A stretch of 63,620 bases of DNA, from contig CAXHJY010000577.1 of assembly GCA_964016885.1 (NCBI GenBank), forward strand, positions 1-63,620. The letters run 5' to 3'. Shown piece by piece: positions 13,998 to 29,594 of this stretch (positions are counted from its first letter, which is position 1; each line of letters begins with the position of its first letter). Below the pieces are notes generated by a model that made no database searches, was not told the origin of the DNA, and worked only from the letters and a program-made list of their open reading frames with translations. Source of the DNA: Eledone cirrhosa (taxonomy: Eukaryota). Both the position numbers and the translations under genes were made by a program.

Positions 13998-14096
13998 CAG
14001 AGGTCTAATGAGCTTTTGCTCCCAGAATCAGGCCCAATCGATATAGATCGAACCTTGAGCTAATCAATCATGAAACACATGTCACACCTGAATAAA
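13998..14096 (+). ncRNA. Degenerate type I hammerhead-like motif with a 60-nt stem II insert
   Basis: AGGT-CTAATGA (G5 mutated)-60 nt-GAAAC-ACAT-GTC-ACACCTG-AATAAA; the insert resembles that at 62961-63021. Confidence 0.4.
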
Positions 14097-14126
14097 AGAA
14101 ATGAAAATCTGACACCGTGTCCATAC

Positions 14127-14158
<32 letters not shown>

Positions 14159-14162
14159 AAAG

Positions 14163-14356
14163 GGTGGTGGATTGGCAGTATTGGTAGAGGCTCGGACGCC
14201 ATGGTTTGCAGCATAGAGTTACCTCCCTTTATGATCTGAGTTCAAATCCCGCCGAGGTTAACTTTGCCTTTCATCCTTACGGGATCGATAAAATAAAGTA
14301 CCGGTAATACACTGGGATAATTGCTGGCCTTGTGCCAAAAGTAGAAACATTTATTA
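14163..14356 (+). mobile_element. tRNA-derived SINE-A
   Basis: A box TGGCAGTATTGG, B box GAGTTCAAATCC, 3' end GGCCTTGTGCC.AAAGTAGAAAC; flanked by (TTA)n. Confidence 0.85.
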
Positions 14357-14549
14357 TACTCTGCTTATTACAACCCCAAAGTACATACAGGGACTACACA
14401 CTGAGACTTCACTTGACGTTACAATCCCTGCACTACACTTACTTACTCCTCCCTCTATGCTTTTACTACACTTATTTACAACCTCCACCCCCACATTCAC
14501 TATCACTACACTTATTTAGCATCCAGCCTGCTGCCCCATCACAATCCTT

Positions 14550-14970
14550 GCACTATGCTTAAACTACACTTACTCCCATCACAATCTCTACACTACATTT
14601 AAACTACACTTTCTAATCCTTCCCCCTCCCCATCACAGTATCTACACTTACACCCCTTCACAATCTTTACACTACACTTACTCCCATCACAACCCCTACA
14701 CTACACTTAAACTACACTTACTTCCATCACAACCCCTACACTACACTTACTCCCATCACAACCCCTACACTACACTTACTCCCATCACAATGCCTACACT
14801 ACACTTACTTCCATTACAACCCCTACACTACACTTACTCCCATCACAACCCCTACACTACACTTACTCCCATCACAATGCCTACACTACACTTACTTCCA
14901 TTACAACCCCTACACTATACTTACTCCCATCACAACCCCTACACTACACTTAAACTACACTTACTAATCC
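14550..14970. repeat. About 30-bp minisatellite CTACACTACACTTACTCCCATCACAACCC
   Basis: Seen directly. Confidence 0.85.
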
Positions 14971-15252
14971 TCCCTCCCTCCCCTATCACAAGTCATCTGG
15001 TCTCTTCATGTATAAATCCAGGAGCTTTGATCCCCAAATCTGACTGAGCTGTCGACCATGTAATCAACTTCCCTCTTACCACACCCACCCTAATGTGGTG
15101 GTAGGGTGGATGTTGTGTGTCTGTGTTCTGTGTATGTGTGTGTGTGTATGTGTATGAAGTGTCAGTTTTGCTGTGTATGTGTGTCTATGTGTGTAAAGTG
15201 TGTCAGTTTTGCTGAGCATGTGTATAGTTGTGTATGTTGTGTATATATATGC

Positions 15253-15283
<31 letters not shown>

Positions 15284-15287
15284 TGTG

Positions 15288-15322
<35 letters not shown>

Positions 15323-15829
15323 ACATGTGTATATGTTAGGGTGAGTGTGTATATCACTGTCTATGGCTGTGTATATATGTATGGCTGTATGTGTTTATGG
15401 CTCTGTATGTATATATCAGTTATGGTGTGTGTGTCATTGTCTATGGCTGTATATATATATATATATATATCATCATCATCATCATCATCATCATCGTTTA
15501 ACGTCCGTTTTCCACGCTAGCATGGGTTAGACGGGAGTTGTTTGGGTGACCGTGTCTTGCTCATATAGGACTATCTGGCAGGTTTTCTACGGCTGGATGC
15601 CCTTCCTAACACCAACCACATTTACAGTGTGGAACTGGGAACTTTTTACCGTGTTACCTACACGGCCACATTACAGCGTGGACTGTGTGTTTTTTGTCGT
15701 GACACCTACACGATCTCGATCTCATTATCTCATTTATTTGGACTGGATGTTGTGGTACCAACTTTACAGAGAGAGGGTGGGGTTGGTGGGAGTGGGAGGA
15801 TAGGGTAGGGGTAGTGGATTGGGGTGTAT

Positions 15830-16019
15830 ATTTGGTTAAGAGGTGCCTACTGACTGTAGGTTTCGCTTTGTACATAGGCAAGGCAGGTCTTCTGTATTAC
15901 TGCGTAGCGCCAAAGATCTCGGTCCAGTGAAATTGTCTTAGAGAGGTGCAAGTGTGTAAGGTCAGAATTTATCAAATCGTTCCAGGTTTTTCTGGGTCTG
16001 CCTACTCTGTAACTACCAT

Positions 16020-16020
<1 letters not shown>
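15830..16020 (-). pseudogene. RTE-like LINE C-terminal remnant; related copy at 38040-38220(+)
   Basis: DGSYRVGRPRKTWNDLINSDL...DRDLWRYAV; the second copy reads GVGRPKMTWDEVIKADL...DRDFWRHAV. Confidence 0.7.
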
Positions 16021-16068
<48 letters not shown>

Positions 16069-16072
<4 letters not shown>

Positions 16073-16272
16073 AAAAGGTATGACCTCGATGGCAGAGCTC
16101 AAGCCATTTCGACGGCTATTTCTGGACTGAAATAGTCCAGAAATAGCCGTCGAAATGGCTTGAGCTCTGCCGTCAGGGTCATACCTTTTCCTATTACCCA
16201 CTCTACTACCCTAAGTATTGAGTACTCTGGTGCGTTATGGTCCATCTGGTTCCTTACCACAATTCCTTCATT
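16069..16272 (+). mobile_element. (TA)n-embedded fold-back element, family C, containing the 3' half of a hammerhead
   Basis: 60-bp arms 16069-16128 and 16134-16193 with a 5-nt loop, then an unpaired 79-nt tail; motif GAAA-TGGC-ttgagctct-GCCG-TC. Confidence 0.75.
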
Positions 16273-16770
16273 ATATATATATATGTGTGTATGGCTCTGT
16301 GAGTGTGTATGGTTGTGTATGTATGTGTATCTGTATATCTGTTAGAATGTGTGTATGGCTGTGTATATATGTATGGATGGATGTATGTATGTATGAGTGA
16401 GTGCATGCGTGTATGAATCTGTGGGTGTGTATGTATGTGCATGTGTATTAGAGTGTATTAGTCACTGATAGATATTAGGGATCTCTGACAAACCAGTCGG
16501 TGGGATCAAGGGATCAGAAATGAAGGTACGGCCATTATCTCCGAAATTGCTCTTGGTGGAGAGGTGGGTGGGGGTTGGAGAGGGGTGGATAAGGAGGGTG
16601 AGGGGTGGGTGAGGGGTTAGTGAGAGGTGGGTGAGGAGGGTGAGAGCAGTTTAGGCCATTGATGTGTTTAGGATGAGAGCCTCTCTGTTGGTATCTGTGG
16701 ACATCAGTATACACATATATCTATATATATCTCTCTCTATATATATGTGTGTGTGTGTCTGTATAAATGC

Positions 16771-18530
<1,760 letters not shown>

Positions 18531-18561
18531 ATAACCAGGGCCATCTTAACAGCATTATATA

Positions 18562-18745
18562 TGGATTGGCAGTATCGGTAGAGGGTCGGACGCCATGCTT
18601 TCCAGCATAGTTACGTCCCTTTACGATCTGAGTTCAAATCCCGCCGAGGTTGACTTTGCCTTTCATCCTTACGGGGTCGATAAAATAAAGTACCAGTAAT
18701 GCACTGGATAATTGCTGGCCTTGTGCCTAAAGTAGAAACAATTAT
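18562..18745 (+). mobile_element. SINE-A
   Basis: A and B boxes and the 3' end match 14163. Confidence 0.85.
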
Positions 18746-18889
18746 ATATGGATATCGGCAATTTTACCCGCCCTAGATAGATATATACATATCTATATAT
18801 ATATGTATATATATCTCTATATATATATATGTATATATATCTATATATATGTATATATATATATATATATGTATATGTATATATATGTC

Positions 18890-19260
18890 TATCTATCTAG
18901 GGCGGGTAAAATTCCCGAGATCCATGGACGAGTTCTCTCCAGCGGTCTCTGTCCCTCATTATCGCTGCCATGTCCTGCGTCTCCAACAGACCAGTGTCTG
19001 TCCTTAGGGCATCAACATACGTTAACCTTGGTCTTCCTCTTCCAGTTTGTCCATGCAGGGGCTCCCACAGGAGCACTGAGTGCAATGTCAACTCTGGATG
19101 TCGGTGAGCATGTCCAGCCAACCCCAGTCTCCTCTGTGTCATTTTTGAGCTGACTTTTGGGATGCTCCCATACAGCTCTGAGTTTTTCATCCTCAGTGTA
19201 TACTGATTAATGTTCAGAGCCATCCTCAGCATTCTCGTGTAGCACCCATCCACCATCTGA
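18890..19260 (-). pseudogene. 5'-truncated RTE-type LINE 3' end (119 open codons) with a (TAGA)n tail
   Basis: ORF 18897-19256: DGCYTRMLRMALNI...[14 protein letters not shown]...[25 protein letters not shown]...[11 protein letters not shown]. Confidence 0.85.
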
Positions 19261-19267
19261 GTGTATG

Positions 19268-19585
<318 letters not shown>

Positions 19586-19849
19586 TTATATATATATATA
19601 TACACATATAAAGCCAGAGATATACAGTTCTGGACATTTACAAACATATACACATACATAAATACATATACACGTACATATAAATACATATACACATATA
19701 TACACATAGATATATAAATATATACATATACAGACACAAGTGTAAAGGGGAGGACATTAGATGATGTAATATTCCTGAGACTCCTAAATCAGATTATACT
19801 GGTATTTGTAGGATCTCAGATAATGTTTCACTACACACACTATATACTA

Positions 19850-21610
19850 CACTGTACACATACATACACATACATACACATACATACACATACATACACA
19901 TACATACACTCACACACATACATACACATACACACCTCATACTCATACATACACTCACACCTCATACACATACATACACATACATACACATACATACATA
20001 CACTCATACACATACATACTCATACATACACTCACCCCTCATACACATACACTCACACCTCATACACATACATACACTCACCCCTCATACACATACATAC
20101 ACACCTCATATACTCACCCCTCATACACATACACTCACACCTCATACACATACATACACTCACACCTCATACACATACATACACTCACCCCTCATACACA
20201 TACATACACTCACACCTCATACACACCTCATACACATACATACTCATACATACACTCACACCTCATACACACCTCATACACATACATACACTCACACCTC
20301 ATACACATACATACACTCACACCTCATACACATACACTCACACCTCATACACACCTCATACACATACATACTCATACATACACTCACACCTCATACACAC
20401 CTCATACACATACATACTCATACATACACTCACACCTCATACACACCTCATACACATACATACACTCACACCTCATACACATACATACACTCACCCCTCA
20501 TACACATACACTCACACCTCATACACACCTCATACACATACATACACATACATACACTCACCCCTCATACACATACATACACTCACACCTCATACGCATA
20601 CACTCACACCTCATACACATACATACACATACATACACTCACCCCTCATATACATACACTCACACCTCATACACACCTCATACACATACATACATACACA
20701 CCTCATACACATACATACACTCACGCCTCATACACATACATACACACCTTATACCCATGCATACACTCACACCTCATACACACCTCATACACGTACATAC
20801 ATTCACACCTCATACACATACATACACACCACATACACATACATACACACCACATACACATACATACACTCATGCCTCATACACATACATACACACCTCA
20901 TACACACACACCTCATACACACACACACCTCATACACATACATACACTCACACCTCATACACACACTCAAACCTCATACACCCATATACACACTCAAACA
21001 TACACCCACACACACTCACATACACACATTCAAACATACAAACACACACACACTGCTCCCTCACATACACATTCAATATTTCAGTGATTGTCCACCAAAA
21101 CACACACACACCTCCCACCACACACAAACATGCACACAAACTCCGCTCACCCCACAAACACACACACACACCACACCTCCCACCACACACACAAACACAC
21201 ACATGTACACAAACTCCGCTCACCCCACAAACACACTCAAACACACACACACACACACCACACCTCCCACCACACACACAAACACACACATGTACACAAA
21301 CTCCGCTCACCCCACAAACACACTCAAACACACACACACACACCACACCTCCCACCACACACACAAACACACACATGTACACAAACTCCGCTCACCCTAC
21401 AAACACACTCAAACACACACACACACACACACCACACCTCCCACCACACACACAAACACACACATGTACACAAACTCCGCTCACCCCACAAACACACTCA
21501 AACACACACACACACCACACCTCCCACCGCACACACAAACACACACATGCACACAAACTCCGCTCACCCTACAAACACACTCAAACACACACACACACAC
21601 ACACCACTCC
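19850..21610. repeat. CATA/CACACCTCATA compound repeat, then about 6 copies of a ~80-bp CA-rich unit containing AAACTCCGCTCACCC
   Basis: Seen directly. Confidence 0.9.
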
Positions 21611-21837
21611 TCCACATGCACACTCACACATACACAGAACCACCAACCCATGCAAGTATGGAAAAGTAGACATAAAAATGATATAAAGCAGAGTTTCCCA
21701 ACCATACATCATCACCCTCTTGATATATTGTCCACCCCCCACCTCTATAATAAATATTTAAAAAAACATGCCCCAAAATATGTTACTGGTTGTTATTTCT
21801 ATTTAGACTCAGTTTTTTTTTTTTTTTTTGCTTTTGT

Positions 21838-21877
<40 letters not shown>

Positions 21878-21880
<3 letters not shown>

Positions 21881-22289
21881 GGAGGTGAGTTTTATTGTAG
21901 TACAATAAAGCAATGCAGATATCGGATAAGAAGCACTCTACAGTTTGTGGGACTGGAGTATGCATAATATAAGATCAAAAGATGGTTAAAGGAGTTCCAT
22001 ATATTTTATTATGCGCATTTCAAAAACAAACATCATCAAGCAATAATATTTGTGTTTTCATCAGATAAAATAGGAGAACATGATATGAAGGCTAAAAAAC
22101 ACTTGTGGATAGTGCAGTTTTAAATCAACATGTTGATTTAAAACTGCACTATCCACAAGTGTTTTTTAGCCTTCATATCATGTTCTCCTATTTTATCTGA
22201 TGAAAACACAAATGTTATTGCATGATGATATTTGTTTTTGAAATGCGCATAATAAAATATATGGAACTCCTTTAACCATCTTTTGATCT

Positions 22290-22297
<8 letters not shown>
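21878..22297 (-). mobile_element. (TA)n-embedded palindromic element, family A (Penelope-like terminus)
   Basis: Arms of about 167 bp (21964-22130 and 22131-22297) with no spacer, plus an unpaired 86-nt tail; second copy at 63164-63510. Confidence 0.85.
22189..22259 (+). ncRNA. Type I hammerhead ribozyme (mirror copy at 22002-22072 on the minus strand)
   Basis: Stem I TATTTTAT/ATAAAATA; core CTGATGA; long stem II; GAAA; palindromic TGCGCA; AUA cleavage triplet, predicted cut after 22251. Confidence 0.85.
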
Positions 22298-22331
<34 letters not shown>

Positions 22332-22340
22332 ATAATAATA

Positions 22341-22520
22341 GTTTCTACTTTTAGGCACAAGGCCACCAATTACCCAGTGCATTACTGGTACTTTATTTTA
22401 TCGACCCCGTAAGGATGAAAGGCAAAATCAACCTCGGCGGGATTTGAACTCAGATCGTAAAGGGACGTAACTATGCTGGAAAGCATGGCGTCCGACCCTC
22501 TACCGATACTGCCAAACCAC
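22341..22520 (-). mobile_element. SINE-A with a 13-bp target-site duplication
   Basis: AGTAATAATAATA at 22328-22340 and 22521-22533. Confidence 0.85.
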
Positions 22521-22676
22521 AGTAATAATAATAAATTTGAAGACTAAAATCCAAGTTTTCAGAAGATCCCGTTCAGAAGATCCCGTTAAGGGTGAAAGCA
22601 GCGATTCTTTGATAAATATATATATATATTAAGCAGCGATTCTTTATATATATATATATAAAGCAACGATTCTTTA

Positions 22677-22715
<39 letters not shown>

Positions 22716-23174
22716 AGGTGGTCATGTAGGAGAGATGGTGAAAAGGCTCCCAGTCCTCACTGTAAATGTGGTTGGTGTTAGGAAGGGCATCCATCCATAG
22801 ACACTTCCGTATGAGTGAGACACGGTCTCCCGACCAATCCTGCATCAAATGGAACAAAACTGTCTAACCCATGCTAGCGTAGAAGATGGACTTTAAACGA
22901 TGATGATGATGATGATTATATATATATATATATATATTTGCAAGTTCTTTGCATATCTCCTTTGAATGTTTTTTTTTCCAGGTAACATATGTTGAAATAC
23001 CTTCTCAATATTCAAAACCCTAAATCGTTCACTTGAATTTCCAATCACCCAACATTTTTTGTTCAATTGCTCATCACCCATCCAACAATTGAAATTACCT
23101 ACTAGTGGGAAACCCTGATCTAACCCATGGAAAATAGATATAAAACAGTGATGATGATGATAATTGCTTAGTTA

Positions 23175-24196
23175 TAATAGTGAAATTATTGTGTACAGTG
23201 CTCAGGTGCACTACAACTCATCAAAGGTGCATGTATAGTACATAGAATAATGTACAAATGTCAGGGAAGTGAACAGTGTATGAGTGGGTGCGGAGGGGGA
23301 ATATTAGGTGTAGTGCTGGCGAATCTCAGGAACCATGGAGGTTTTAAAGGATGCAGTGTCTCGACAGCTAACAACTGATGCAGGTAGTTTGTTCCATGGA
23401 GGTTTTAAAGGATGCAGTGTCTCGACAGCTAACAACTGATGCAGGTAGTTTGTTCCATGGAGGTTTTAAAGGATGCAGTGTCTCGACAGCTAACAACTGA
23501 TGCAGGTAGTTTGTTCCATGGAGGTTTTAAAGGATGCAGTGTCTCGACAGCTAACAACTGATGCAGGTAGTTTGTTCCATGGAGGTTTTAAAGGATGCAG
23601 TGTCTCGACAGCTAACAACTGATGCAGGTAGTTTGTTCCATGGAGGTTTTAAAGGATGCAGTGTCTCGACAGCTAACAACTGATGCAGGTAGTTTGTTCC
23701 ATGGAGGTTTTAAAGGATGCAGTGTCTCGACAGCTAACAACTGATGCAGGTAGTTTGTTCCATGGAGGTTTTAAAGGATGCAGTGTCTCGACAGCTAACA
23801 ACTGATGCAGGTAGTTTGTTCCATGGATGTTTTAAAGGATGCAGTGTCTCGACAGCTAACAACCGATGCAGGTAGTTTGTTCCATGGAGGTTTTAAAGGA
23901 TGCAGTGTCTCGACAGCTAACAACCGATGCAGGTAGTTTGTTCCATGGAGGTTTTAAAGGATGCAGTGTCTCGACAGCTAACAACTGATGCAGGTAGTTT
24001 GTTCCATGGAGGTTTTAAAGGATGCAGTGTCTCGACAGCTAACAACTGATGCAGGTAGTTTGTTCCATGCTTCAGCAACTCTGAGTGTGAAAAAATGTTT
24101 CCAAAAGTCATGGGAACTGTGCTGTTTTCTGACTTTGTAGGCATGGCCTTGTGAGTTAGACACATGGAAATCAAAAAGGTGCTCAGGGTTGTTGTT
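23175..24196 (-). pseudogene. CR1-clade LINE 3' end with internal tandem amplification
   Basis: SQGHAYKVRKQ...FFTLRVAEAWNKLPASVV...SFK is the CR1 C-terminal signature (GH..K...FF..RV...WN.LP..VV....FK). Confidence 0.85.
23333..24069. repeat. 61-bp minisatellite, 12 copies, CR1-derived
   Basis: CCATGGAGGTTTTAAAGGATGCAGTGTCTCGACAGCTAACAACTGATGCAGGTAGTTTGTT has period 61. Confidence 0.97.
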
Positions 24197-24389
24197 ACGG
24201 GGTAAACAAGGAAGGTAACCTCGAAGATCTCGCAGAAGCTAAATGTATCCCATCAAGAATCTTTACACAGAATAACTTAAGATCCCATATATGTATAGGA
24301 CAGGTTTGCTAACAACAAAGTCCTGAGGAGGGCCAAGTTGTATATCTTGCAGAAAACTGTAGCAGAGTAAAGAATGAAACTTGTAGGAC

Positions 24390-25200
24390 ATGTAATGTCA
24401 CTGCCAACAACTGTAATGTGACTGCCAAAAACTGTAATGTCACTGCCAAAAACTGTAATGTCACTGCCAAAAACTGTAATGTCACTGCCAAAAACTGTAA
24501 TGTGACTACCAAAACTGTAATAATGTGACTACCAAAACTGTAATAATGTGAATACCAAAACTGTAATAATGTGAATATCAAAACTGTAATAATGTGAATA
24601 CCAAAAACTGTAATGTCACTACCAAAAACTGTAATGTGACTACCAAAAACTGTAATGTGACTACCAAAAACTGTAATGTGACTACCAAAAACTGTAATGT
24701 GACTACCAAAACTGTAATAATGTGAATACCAAAACTGTAATAATGTGAATACCAAAAACTGTAATGTGACTACCAAAAACTGTAATGTGACTACCAAAAC
24801 TGTAATAATGTGAATACCAAAAACTGCAATAATGTGAATACCAAAAACTGTAATGTGACTACCAAAAACTGTAATGTGACTACCAAAACTGTAATAATGT
24901 GAATACCAAAAACTGTAATGTGACTACCAAAACTGTAATAATGTGAATACCAAAACTGTAATAATGTGAATACCAAAAACTGTAATGTGACTACCAAAAC
25001 TGTAATAATGTGAATACCAAAACTGTAATAATGTGAATACCAAAACTGTAATAATGTGAATACCAAAAACTGTAATGTGACTACCAAAACTGTAATGTGA
25101 CTACCAAAACTGTAATGTGACTACCAAAACTGTAATAATGTGACTACCAAAACTGTAATAATGTGAATACCAAAACTGTAATAATGTGAATAGCAAAACA
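24390..25200. repeat. 21-24-bp minisatellite ACTGTAAT(AAT)GTGA(C/A)TACCAAAA
   Basis: Seen directly. Confidence 0.9.
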
Positions 25201-27084
25201 GTTTTACTCTGTCAGGCCTGACCTAGGGTTAAATGAAAATACAACAAATTGTTGCTCAACCTGCTAGAAATAGCAGCCAAATCCTCATTTAATCACATCC
25301 TAACATCACTATAAGAGGTGGTGGTGGTGGTGTTAGGGGTTATGGATGTAGTGGTGGTGGATATAGATATAGTGGTAGTGGTGGTGGTTACAGATGTAGA
25401 GATGGTGGTGATACTGGTAGTGGTGGTGGTCTAGAGGATCAAATGATACCTCTACTAATGACATGATGGTCATGGTTGAAACTCCTTTGATCATGGGTCT
25501 GCTTTGCTTAATCAGGGCAGATTTGGGACTAAATAAACAACACCCCACCTCCACTACCAACACCACCAAAAACACCAGCAACACCACCACAACCACCACC
25601 AACACTAACAACATCACCCCTGCCACCAACATCACCCCCATCAAATCACTGCCATCAACACCACCAACAACAACAACACCCTAACCACCACCACCACTAC
25701 ACCCCCCCCCCCAAGCAGTCACAGGACTTCAAAGTTTGCTGAGTCACAGTTGAGTGTTGGGCACCACCAAATCTGTAATTACAGCTACACAGACACGCAC
25801 ACTCAAACACATACACACACAAACACACACACACACACACACACACACTCAAACACACACAGGCACATTCAAACACACACACATACACACACACACACAC
25901 ACACACATACACACACACACACATACATATACACACTCAAACACACACAGGCACACTCAAACACACACAGGCACACTCAAACACACACAGGCATATACTC
26001 ACACACATACACACACAAAACACAAACACACATACACACACACACACACAAACAAACATACACACACAAACATATACACTCCACAAAACGACAATGACAA
26101 CAACAACAACTTACAGTCCTCCCCACCCTCCCCCACAGTCCACCTACTTTCCATATGGTACAGCCCATAGCCCAACAAGTGGTGGTGGAAGGAACAACTG
26201 GTACTGAAGGTGGTGGGGGGGGGGGGTGACGGTAGATTGTATGTGTATATGTGTGTGTGTGGGGGGGGGGGGGGGGCTACCTGTGTCCAATATACACCTC
26301 ACCCCACCCTGGGACCCTAGATTGGTCTACACACAAATTATAGGATTCTACTTCATCATACTGTTATCAGAGAAGTTTTGTGGTGGTGGTGGTGGTGGTG
26401 GTGGTGGTGGTGGTGGTGGTGTGCTGTGGCGGTGGTAGCAGTGGTTCGGGGGGGGGGGTTTCATGGTGGTGGTGGTGGTGGTGGTGTGGGTGTGCTGTGG
26501 CGGTGGTAGCAGTGGTTCAGGGGGGGGGGGGGCATGGTGGTGGTGGTGGTGGTGTGGGTGTGCTGTGGCGGTGGTAGCAGTGGTTCGGGGTGGTGGTGGT
26601 GGTGGTGGTGTGGGTGTGCTGTGGCGGTGGTAGCAGTGGTTCGGGGGGGGGGCATGGTGGTGGTGGTGGTAGTGTTGTGTTGGTGGTGGCGGTGGTGGTG
26701 GTGGTGTAGTGGGTGGGAGAAAGGGTAGAAGTGGTGTTTCTACTGCTGGCAGGGATGTACCATGGTGGTGGTGGTAGTGGTGGTGGTAGTGGTGTTGTTT
26801 GTAGTGGTGGTGGTGGTGCTGTTGTTTATAGTGGTGGTGGTGTTGTTTATAGTGGTGGTGGTGGTGGTGGTGGTGTTGTTTGTAGTGGAGGTGGTGGTGT
26901 TGTTTGTAGTGGAGGTGGTGGTGGTGGTTCCAGCTTTGCCAAATCTTTTCTTCATCAAAGATGATTGACAGTTTACCAGATGGTAGAGGGTGGTGGTGGT
27001 GGCAGTGGTGGTAGTAATAGCAATATTGTGATGGTGGCAGTAAATCTTGTAGTGTAGAGGTGGTAGTGGCAGAACTATGTTGTG

Positions 27085-27117
<33 letters not shown>

Positions 27118-27234
27118 ATAGTAGTAGTAGTGATAGTAGTAGTAGTGATAGTAGTAGTAGTGGTAGTAGTAGGACTCATATGGTATTGTGGTAATGTTAA
27201 CAGCAATAATGTTTTGCAGTGATGGTGGTGGTGA

Positions 27235-27510
27235 CAGAGTACAAGAATTCCCCTGGACAGGATGCTAGTCCATTGTAGGGTTAAAGTCTCTCTCAAGCCT
27301 GTTAGCTCACTAGGCCATTGTTTATCCCAGTTTCTGTGGCATGAAGAAACTGAGAGTACAAAACTCCCCCTGGAGAAGACACCAGTCCATCACAGGGTTA
27401 AAGTCTGTCTCAAGCCTGAAGGCTCATCAGAGACCGGTTCTTATCCTGATTCCTGTGGTGTGAAGCAACTGAGAGTACAAGACTTCCCCTGGAGAGGACA
27501 CCAATTCATC
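27235..27510 (-). mobile_element. About 2.3 diverged tandem copies (period about 118 bp) of an old SINE body, Meta-SINE-like
   Basis: TTTCTGTGGCATGAAG..ACT.GAGTA...CCCCCTGGA..GGATGCTAGTCCAT..CAGGGTTA resembles, from memory, the reverse complement of the Meta-SINE conserved domain. Confidence 0.5.
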
Positions 27511-27521
27511 CAGGACCGGAT

Positions 27522-28037
27522 TTAACCCTTTAGCATTTACATTACTCTATATATACTATTGTATTTTCACAGTAAAGGTTTTACCTTACATAATATCTCA
27601 CATAACATTTACATTACTCTATATATACTATTGTATTTTCATGGTAAAGGCTTTATCTTACATAATATCTCACATATCATTTACATTACTCTATATATAC
27701 TATTGTATTTTCATGGTAAAGGCTTTATCTTACATAATATCTCACATAACATTTACATTACTCTATATATACTATTGTATTTTCATGGTAAAGGCTTTAC
27801 CTCACATAATATCTCACATAACATTTACATTACTCTATATATACTATTGTATTTTCATGGTAAAGGCTTTATCTTACATAACTACATCACATAATGTTGA
27901 ATCTACAAGATTTTGGTGTTATTTATTTTGAGAACAATACCTTAATGTCAGTATGAGCAGCCAGTTACAACCACTTTGAACAGAAAGAGGTGAGAAAATT
28001 CTGGCCAGATACGGCTGGTTTAAATGCTAAATGTTAA
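27522..28037 (+). mobile_element. piggyBac-like MITE with 5 internal 72-bp units
   Basis: TTAACCCTTTAGCATTTA ... TAAATGCTAAATGTTAA. Confidence 0.8.
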
Positions 28038-28848
28038 TGGGGGTTTAGAAATGGGGCAATTGCTTTAGGTCCCCTGCAGTGGGGGGAGCTCCACCAACAA
28101 AGGTCGTAGCAATTTATTTGTAACCTCAGTTGGACATTTTAGTTTTAGAATGGTTAGATCTGGAACCCCTGTTTTTCAGCTCACGTTTTTCCCAAAGGAA
28201 TGATGCAAGACATTAAACAGAACATCAACAGCATCAATCTCTCCAGTCCTAGAAGGGGTCCTGTGAAGTTCCACAGACACTGGCCCCCTTTAATAGAGAC
28301 ACAACAAATAAACAAAATAATAAATAAAAATAAAAAATAAAATAAAAACCAAATAAAAAAATAAATAAGAATAGAAAATAAATAAAAATAGTAAATAAAT
28401 AAAAATAAAATAAAAAAATAAATAAGAATAGAAAATAAATAAAAATAGTAAATAAATAAAAATAAAAATTAAAAAATAAATAAATAAATAAAAATAAAAT
28501 GAATAAAAATAAAAATAAAATGAATAAAAAATATAAGAAATAAAATAAAATAAAAACAAATAAAAAATAAAAAATAAAAATAAAAAATTAAAATAAAAAA
28601 TAAAAAATTTTAAAATGATTTTAGTTGATGACTAATATTAAATTTTCCTGTAAAATATGGGAGACCACCTTGACCATGATTTGCTCTGTTGGAGGTGATC
28701 CATCAGGTGATCCATCAGATGTGCAGATATGCAGATATCTTATCAAAACTGATGTCTTAAAAATAATTTAATATGTGAAGCAATATTTCAATTTGAAATA
28801 TTTCCCCTTCATCAAAAAAAAAAAAAATATATATATATATATATATAT

Positions 28849-29196
28849 GTAAAGTTATATTTAAAATTGTTGGGTTACAACTAGTAAATATTTATAACTG
28901 ATATAAAAGCACTCGACAAATATTTGGAGTATATTTACAATATTAAATAAATGGAAAACTATATTTATAAAACCATATTTATTTCATTATATATATTTCG
29001 GGGATATCATATTAACAATATGTTATGCCTTCATCAGACAAAATACAATATAAACAGTTTTATAGATAAATATATTCGACCTGTTTATATTGTATTTTGT
29101 CTGATGAAGGCATAACATATTGTTAATATGATATCCCCGAAATATATATAATGAAATAAATATGGTTTTATAAATATAGTTTTCCATTTATTTAAT

Positions 29197-29202
<6 letters not shown>
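28849..29202 (-). mobile_element. (TA)n-embedded fold-back element, family B
   Basis: 122-bp arms 28936-29057 and 29081-29202, 23-nt spacer, unpaired 87-nt tail. Confidence 0.85.
29093..29158 (+). ncRNA. Type I hammerhead ribozyme (mirror copy at 28980-29045 on the minus strand)
   Basis: Stem I TATTTTGT/ATGAAATA; CTGATGA; stem II with CATATT/AATATG; GAAA; palindromic TATATA; AUA triplet. Confidence 0.8.
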
Positions 29203-29265
<63 letters not shown>

Positions 29266-29594
29266 TTAAATTAAATTATTAAATTAAAAGTAAGATGACA
29301 AATGCTCGGATTTACTACTTGGAATCTTTGAGCTTAGTCCACATGTGGTATGGCGCATGATTCTGATATTCTCAGACATGACAGCCTTAATATAATTTTG
29401 CCACTATATATCATATCATCATTGTTTAACGTCTATCTTCTATGGTAGCATGGGTTGGATGAGAATTGTCCCACTTGAGGCAAGATTGGTCGGGTGACCG
29501 TGTCTCGCTCGTATAGGACTGTCTCTGGCAGGTTTTCTATGGCTGGATGCCCAACCACATTTACACTGTGGAACCATATATATATATATTATAG

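Noticed and set aside
14163-14260. tRNA genes at SINE heads
   Set aside because: A and B boxes are present, but I could find no cloverleaf and each continues into a repeated SINE body.
19823-21967. 714-aa ORF
   Set aside because: It is a His/Thr/Tyr/Ile read-through of CA/CATA repeats with no domain.
21878-22297. Long hairpins as miRNA precursors or classical MITEs
   Set aside because: The arms are long and near-perfect, the turn point varies between copies, and the inverted repeat is not terminal because one side has an extra tail.
22560-22615. Hammerhead-like CAGAAGA-TCCC..GGGT-GAAA
   Set aside because: The core deviates in both copies, and I could not build stems I and III convincingly.
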